NCBI GenBank assembly: GCA_964016885.1
Contig: OZ024742.1
Span: 246,760,001-246,824,000, forward strand
Length of the DNA: 64,000 bases
Source of the DNA: Eledone cirrhosa
Taxonomy: Eukaryota
Reading direction: 5' to 3'
A model generated the notes under the pieces. The model searched no databases. It was not told the DNA's origin and worked only from the letters and a program-made list of their open reading frames with translations. Below are positions 57,921 through 64,000 of the stretch, piece after piece (the stretch's first letter is position 1; each line of letters begins with the position of its first letter). The position numbers were made by a program, and so were the translations under genes.

Positions 57921-58107
57921 AATAATTGTTTCTACTTTTGGCACAAGGCCAGCAATTACCAGTACATTACTGGTACTTTATTTTATCGACCCCGTAAGGA
58001 TGAAAGGCAAAGTTAACCTCGGCGGGATTTGAACTCAGATCATAAAGAGACGTAACTCTATGCTTCAAAGCATGGTGTCCGACTCTCTACCGACACTGCC
58101 AATCCAC
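57921..58107 (-). mobile_element. SINE family A
   Basis: Full core and boxes. Confidence 0.9.
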
Positions 58108-58912
58108 CTCAGAAATAATGATATTTGTTTATTGATAAGAACAAAGATTCAATACAATAGGTCTGTTTGGGAACAGGTTTTGAATTGACCAATCAGGAGA
58201 TAGTGAGGGTCAAGATAGTGATATTAGGAGAATCTTAAATTATGGGTAGAGGAAGGTAGATTTCAGTTTTGGATGGAAAAGAGTATTATGAATGAAGGAT
58301 TACTTTAGGGAAGAAGTCATATGTTGACCTCAGAAATAATTTTATTTCTTCATTGAATAAAACCAACAAAGATCCAATATAATAATGGATTACTTTAGGG
58401 AAGAAGTAGGTCATATGTTGACCTCAGAAATAATTTTATTTGTTCATTGATTAAAACCAACAAAGATCAAATATATTCTGTCTGTTTGGTAAGAGGTTTA
58501 GAATTAACCAATAGAAAGTTAATAATTGGCCGAATGGTAAAATAGTAGTAATTGAAACTTATTTTAGGGGTGAAACTAGGTCAGGTGGTCAGTAGAAGGT
58601 ATACAAGCAGTTGCTGTTATAAAATAGTAATTCCAATACAAATATCTAAGGTGACCAGAGTTTTAAGATAAGGATGTTAGTGAAAAAAACATACATCTAT
58701 GAAAAGGATATAAAATTAATTTAATTGATGGGTATATTTATATTGATCAAATTATACTAATACATATAGATATGATAAATAAGTTAGATGCAGTTGAAAA
58801 GTGCTGTTAAGGATGAGGGGAGATTAAAAGAATATAAGAATGATATATATATATATATATATATACATATATGTACCCACATATATATATATATATACAT
58901 ACACACACACAT

Positions 58913-58969
<57 letters not shown>

Positions 58970-59075
58970 CATACACATACACACACAAATATATACCCAT
59001 ATATACATATATATATATATACATATATATACACGCATATACACATGTACATATACACACACACACACACACACA

Positions 59076-59126
<51 letters not shown>

Positions 59127-59369
59127 ACACACACACACACATATACACATATATATATATATATATAAATACATATATATATATATTTTTTTACACACAC
59201 ATACATACACACATACATACATACATACATACATACACACTTATATACACACACATCCACACTTACATATACATATAATTATTGGGGTGGGGGGGTAAAT
59301 TTATTAGTGGGAAGTAGTAAATATATATAGGTTTCAAGGAACATAGAGTCATAACCTGAAGTTAAAGCA

Positions 59370-59990
59370 TTATATATGTTTACTTAATGGTATCAGTTTT
59401 AGGAAATGATATTTGTAAGAAGGAGAGCCAAATTATGTAGTTCATCATTAGTAGAATATTAACTATAGGTTAACTACAATAAAAATAGTTAATATATAAA
59501 TTTCTAAGGTGTATATTAATTAGGTTTATCATATTTAAAGCAGAATTATGTAGTTCATCAGTAGTAGAATATTAATTATAGGTTAACTAAATTAAAAATA
59601 ATTACATATGTTTACTATATATAAATTTCTAGGGTGTATATTAATTAGGTTTATCATATTTAAAGCAGAATTATGTAGTTCATCAGTAGTAGAATATTAA
59701 AGATAATTACATATGTTTACATAATGGTAACAGTTTTAGGAAATGAAATTTGTAAGAAGGAAAGCCAAATTATGTAGTTCATCAGTAGTAGAATATTAAT
59801 TATATGTTAACTAAATTAAAAATAGTTTATATATTAATTTCTAAAGTGTATATTAATTAGGTTTATAATATTTAAAGCAGAATTTTGTAATTCATCTGTA
59901 GTAGAATATTAATTATAGGTTAACCAAATTAAAATTAATTTATATATTAATTTCTAAAGTGTATATTAATTAGGTTTATAATATTTAAAT
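59370..59990. repeat. Imperfect ~100-125-bp tandem repeats built from a PLE 3' end
   Basis: TTCATCAGTAGTAGAATATTAA-like word five times; unit contains the last codons of ORF 59966-60274. Confidence 0.8.
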
Positions 59991-60303
59991 GTTTTTCTCA
60001 GTTTATGATTACACGATATTATTAATTCCTGTCGCTTATTTAATAGGATATCCTTAGATTTCATTATTTCGAAAAGTTCTTGGGAACACAATCTACATTC
60101 ATTTCTACTATTTTGATAAGGGGTGGCCCTTTTGAGCACACTCCAGGTCAGGTCATATTCTATATTCCTCTTTCTATAACTATTAATTTTTTCAGCTAGA
60201 GATGTTGTAAGAGTGTGCTCAAAAGGGCCACCCCTTATCAAAATAGTAGAAATGAATGTAGATTGTGTTCCCAAGAACTTTTCGAAATAATGAAATCTAA
60301 GGA
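59966..60303 (-). pseudogene. PLE GIY-YIG C-terminal fragment with 93-bp 5' inversion
   Basis: TSLAEKI...WSVLKRATPYQ...CRLC...LLNKRQELIISCNHK; 60051-60143 inverted at 60211-60303. Confidence 0.85.
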
Positions 60304-60448
60304 GGAGTAAGGAAAATAAATAACATAGGAAAAAGTTTAAATATAAGGGGAGATAAGGGAGAAAAAGAATATATAAGGGTACAGAAAGTGAGTTCAGAGA
60401 GTAATAAAAATCGTAGTGGATGTAAGGCGTAAATAGCAGAGAAGAGGT

Positions 60449-62566
60449 TCAAGGTGGTTGAGTCATCGTAGGAATGTCAATCCAGTTACAGAGCAGATGT
60501 GATTTCAGGTGAGGACAACATCTGAAGATCTCGGTCTTGGAATTCAGGCAAGTTGAAGTGGCTTTCAAGTTTTGTAGAATTCTAAATTTTTTAGTGATAC
60601 ACAAAGAACAATTCTTTGTGCCCCTTTGGTATTCCCTCGAATGGTCTAAAATAGACCAATCGATAGAGTACGGGAAGTTTTTATCTTTGAATTCCCACAC
60701 CTTATTTGCGAGAGCCGTTGCTGTTCTTTTATCAGAGTGTTTAAAAGAAGCGACATGTGCATAAAACCTGGTTTTGAACCTGTCCTGAGTCATGCCAACA
60801 TACCGTTCACTCCTGGCTGGCTGGTTGTTAATCAAAGATGTCACTTTGGCCTCATATACAACGGATTTGGTATTACATTTGCCCTGTAATGGGCATTCAT
60901 CCGGCTTCCTGCAACTGCATCCTGGATTTATTCTCGTACGAATAGAATTGGTGATTTTAGACTTCATTGATGGGCAGCAAGAGTAACTGATTTTAACAAT
61001 AAATATCTTATAATATCTATGATTAGGGGGAAAATGTTTGTCTAAGAGGTCAAAGAATTTCGTTCCTACATTAGTTTTGATAGTTAGAGAGAATGGGTGT
61101 GTAAACCAAATAATTTCCCTTTTCCTATGATTGTGATTAGTTTTAGGGGGAGGAGTAGGTAAATATTTAATATGTTCCGTAAAGCTGCTGTTATTAAGGG
61201 CTTTATTATAATAAGGGGCGGCTTTGTTAAAAATGTCTAGAGACGAAGATAAGGTAGAAATCCTACGGTTAATATTGGGAATAAGATTTTTAAAAACTAT
61301 AGGGGGATGGCAAGACTCTTTGTGTATATATCTTAAATTTTCGTTTGGTTTATGATAAGGTTTAAAAGAGGCAGTAAGTAGATCAAGATTAATGTCTAGA
61401 AAGTTAGCATTGGTAAGGTTCGTATCTATAGTCATTTTAAGGTTTAGGTTAGCAAAAGTATTGATTAAATCTTTACGGAATGTATCAAGGTTGCCGTTGG
61501 TGGTATGAGAAACTACCAATCCGTCGTCACGGTATAAACCGATATTATGGGAAGGAAATTTCTCTTTAAGGGTGTGGAGAAGGAATAATCCTACTAAGTC
61601 ACACACATCCGCACTGTCATATGAACCCATTGCGACATCAAAAGAGTTTTCAGGGCTTGACTTTTTAACCCAAATACTTTCATTAGTAAAGAGTAGAGTT
61701 TTCCTAGCATGAAAGATAATGTCTTCTTCTAATTTAGAAATATTAATGAAAGGTCTTGCGAAATCTAAGGCTTTAGTTAATAAGGAAACGGTAATAGAGG
61801 GGTAAAAATGAACAATATCAAATTGGGTAAATCTACACTTATAGACCTTGTATATTATTAAACCAAGAAATAACAGAGGATGGGTTTAACCATCGTGATA
61901 AGTCAGTCTTAGTTCTAATTTAGAGAATTATTTTTCTTAAGATTTTTTTACTTGCAAGGCCAACTTCGGATTTAGCCGGGTTAATCAGTCTACAGCTAGG
62001 TCGATTAGTAAAGTCTAATGTATGGTCTTTAAGGGTAATATATGCTTTACGTTTAGCTAGGCTTTCAATCCGGTTGTCTATTTTAAAAGAACTAGCTAGT
62101 TCTTTAGCTTCTTTATTAATAGTATTGTAGGTGTTATTGTTAGCTAATTGATAGTTGTTGGTGATACTATTAGTTAAAAGTTGGTTTTATAAAATACTAT
62201 TAACTTCAAATAGATTTTTAGTTTTATCGGAAAGAACAAATGTGTTGTAGAATTTTAAAAATTAGAAATATCGTTAGAAAGTTTAGTTTGAAAATTATTA
62301 TTGTACGTACGAAATTTGATATCACTAATTAAATTAACAAGGTCGAATTCGAAGTTGGGCATGTCTTTAATTCTAGGTGTGTATTTACGGGATTTTATGT
62401 CAAAACAATCATTTGTATCAGCACTGAATAGTCCATCGTAAATCATTGCCTACCATCTCATTCTTTTAACGACTTGTTCGATTTTATCTATAAGCAGTTT
62501 GGTATAAGTTGTGTTGGAAGGAGTGGGTATATTTTTGATTGAATAATCCAATTCATAAAGGTCCAT
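60449..62566 (-). pseudogene. Near full-length PLE ORF (RT plus C-terminal GIY-YIG; Hydra-clade-like) with stops and frameshifts in the 5' half
   Basis: MDLYELDYSIKNIP..KRMRW*, SDKTKNL, TLKDH, RLINPAK, QFDIVHFYPSI, FDVAMGSYDS, GLYRDDGL, CSCRKPDECPLQGKC, VVY..YVG, CSLC. Confidence 0.93.
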
Positions 62567-62679
62567 GGTGTATGTTGGTTAAATTCCTGAAAACTGTAGA
62601 GTGCTCAACTAATCGGGCTGGAAAGTGCCAATCATATATGTAATATAGAATATGCTTCAATCAATCCCGGTTGGAGCTG

Positions 62680-62793
62680 TATAAATGAAGTAATTCCGTC
62701 GGAAAGATCCAGGAAAAAAGAGTAATAAGCTCTGTAACCTACATAGAGCACTCTTTTTTCCTGGACCTTTCCGACGGAATTACTTCATTTATA
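62680..62793. repeat. ~114-bp hairpin at the 5' end of the PLE, abutting (TA)n
   Basis: TATAAATGAAGTAATTCCGTCGGAAAG.TCCAGGAAAAAAGAGT inverted at 62750-62793. Confidence 0.9.
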
Positions 62794-63118
62794 TATATAT
62801 ATATATATATATTCAATATGAGAAAGTTTGTTGATTGAAAATCAGCCGACTTTTACATAACAAATGTCAAGCCCTCAACGGTTTATGTTCATCCAGAGTT
62901 TTATTATAAACAAGTAAGTCCGTTTGGTTAGGCCAACCCTATTTATTTTATTAAACGTATTTCGAAAATGTATGGCTTTTGTATAACATCAGTCAACATG
63001 TTCTCTTCAGATAAAATCCACAGGATATGTAAATATCAATTGATATGCGAGCGGTCACTCGAGTTATTTACATCGGCGACTGGCCAGCATATATATATAT
63101 ATATATATATGCTGGTCA

Positions 63119-63121
<3 letters not shown>

Positions 63122-63203
<82 letters not shown>

Positions 63204-63300
63204 ATATAATATAATATAATATAATATAATATAATATAATATAATATAATATAATATAATATAATATAATATAATATAATATAATATAATATAATATTAT
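63122..63300. repeat. (TA)n followed by (TAATA)n
   Basis: Direct reading. Confidence 0.95.
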
Positions 63301-63589
63301 ATTATATTATTTATTTATGTTCATACACGTAACAGAGACGCTGCCCAAGGTTTCAAGACCCCAAATTGACGACAACCCCAGAAAACAAGAGGCACCAAAA
63401 TAGTGACCTTTCAAAATAGTGACGAGTTTATAAGATACTGTTAAAAGTAAGTTTTCTCCAATTTGGAGCTTGGAATCTTGAGTAGCGTCTTTGTTCCCTC
63501 TACGAACATAAATAAATAATATAATATTTCTCCTCTCTTCCGATTCAACACTGTTTTTTTTTTCTTTTTCATATCTACGGATATAGCTA

Positions 63590-64000
63590 CATTCACATAT
63601 ACATATACATTAACATTCACATATACATATACATATGGTGATTGCTTCATCTTTGCAGATGATTTCCGACTCCCTATGCATCCCCATCAACCATCACCAA
63701 CTCCTAACGTCCATCCATCGCCCCTTAGGTGGTTTTTAAGTCCAGCATTAGATTTGCACAGACTGCAGCAAATATGACAGAAAAAAGATGTGCCGTCTAT
63801 TGGATTGCTTGGGTCAGTTTGTGGGATGTCATCCTTATGTACCCTCATATGCCTTTTAAGACCAGAGATTGATTTGCAGATCTTTTTGCACAGCACACAT
63901 ATTGTCTCACCTAGCATTGGGGGGATAGAGCTGTATACAGTTGGCTTTTTATATGATTTTAAACGGGTGACGTGCCCAGATTTAGAGAGCAGTAAACGAC
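63590..64000 (-). mobile_element. RTE-like LINE 3' end with two C2H2-type fingers and (ATATGT)n tail
   Basis: CVLCKKICKSISGLKRHMRVH and CHICCSLCKSNAGLKNHLR, short UTR, then hexamer tail. Confidence 0.6.

Noticed and set aside
63687-63917. Host C2H2 zinc-finger gene
   Set aside because: No TGEKP-type linker, degenerate second finger and a simple-repeat tail; better explained as a LINE 3' end, though truncated by the window edge

Overview
AT-rich, repeat-saturated eukaryotic DNA with no supportable host protein-coding gene. The SINE family and microsatellite profile suggest an octopus or other coleoid cephalopod (inference). Contents: a ~12.9 kb satellite of 65-bp units (13641-26510); many microsatellites; ~20 tRNA-derived SINE copies; decayed R4/Dong-, Tx1/L1- and RTE-like LINE fragments; non-autonomous Helitrons; and a dense set of Penelope-like elements (PLEs: RT plus C-terminal GIY-YIG, CxCx5C linker, most like the Hydra clade) inserted in (TA)n tracts. 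The most interesting signal is RNA-level. A ~420-bp non-coding unit carrying a type I hammerhead ribozyme occurs twice with different terminal redundancies (retrozyme-like, implying a circular or concatemeric RNA template). Two near-spacerless perfect palindromes of 330-360 bp carry a hammerhead in each arm. Further hammerheads with covarying stems are present. All structures were read by eye and coordinates of decayed repeats are approximate.
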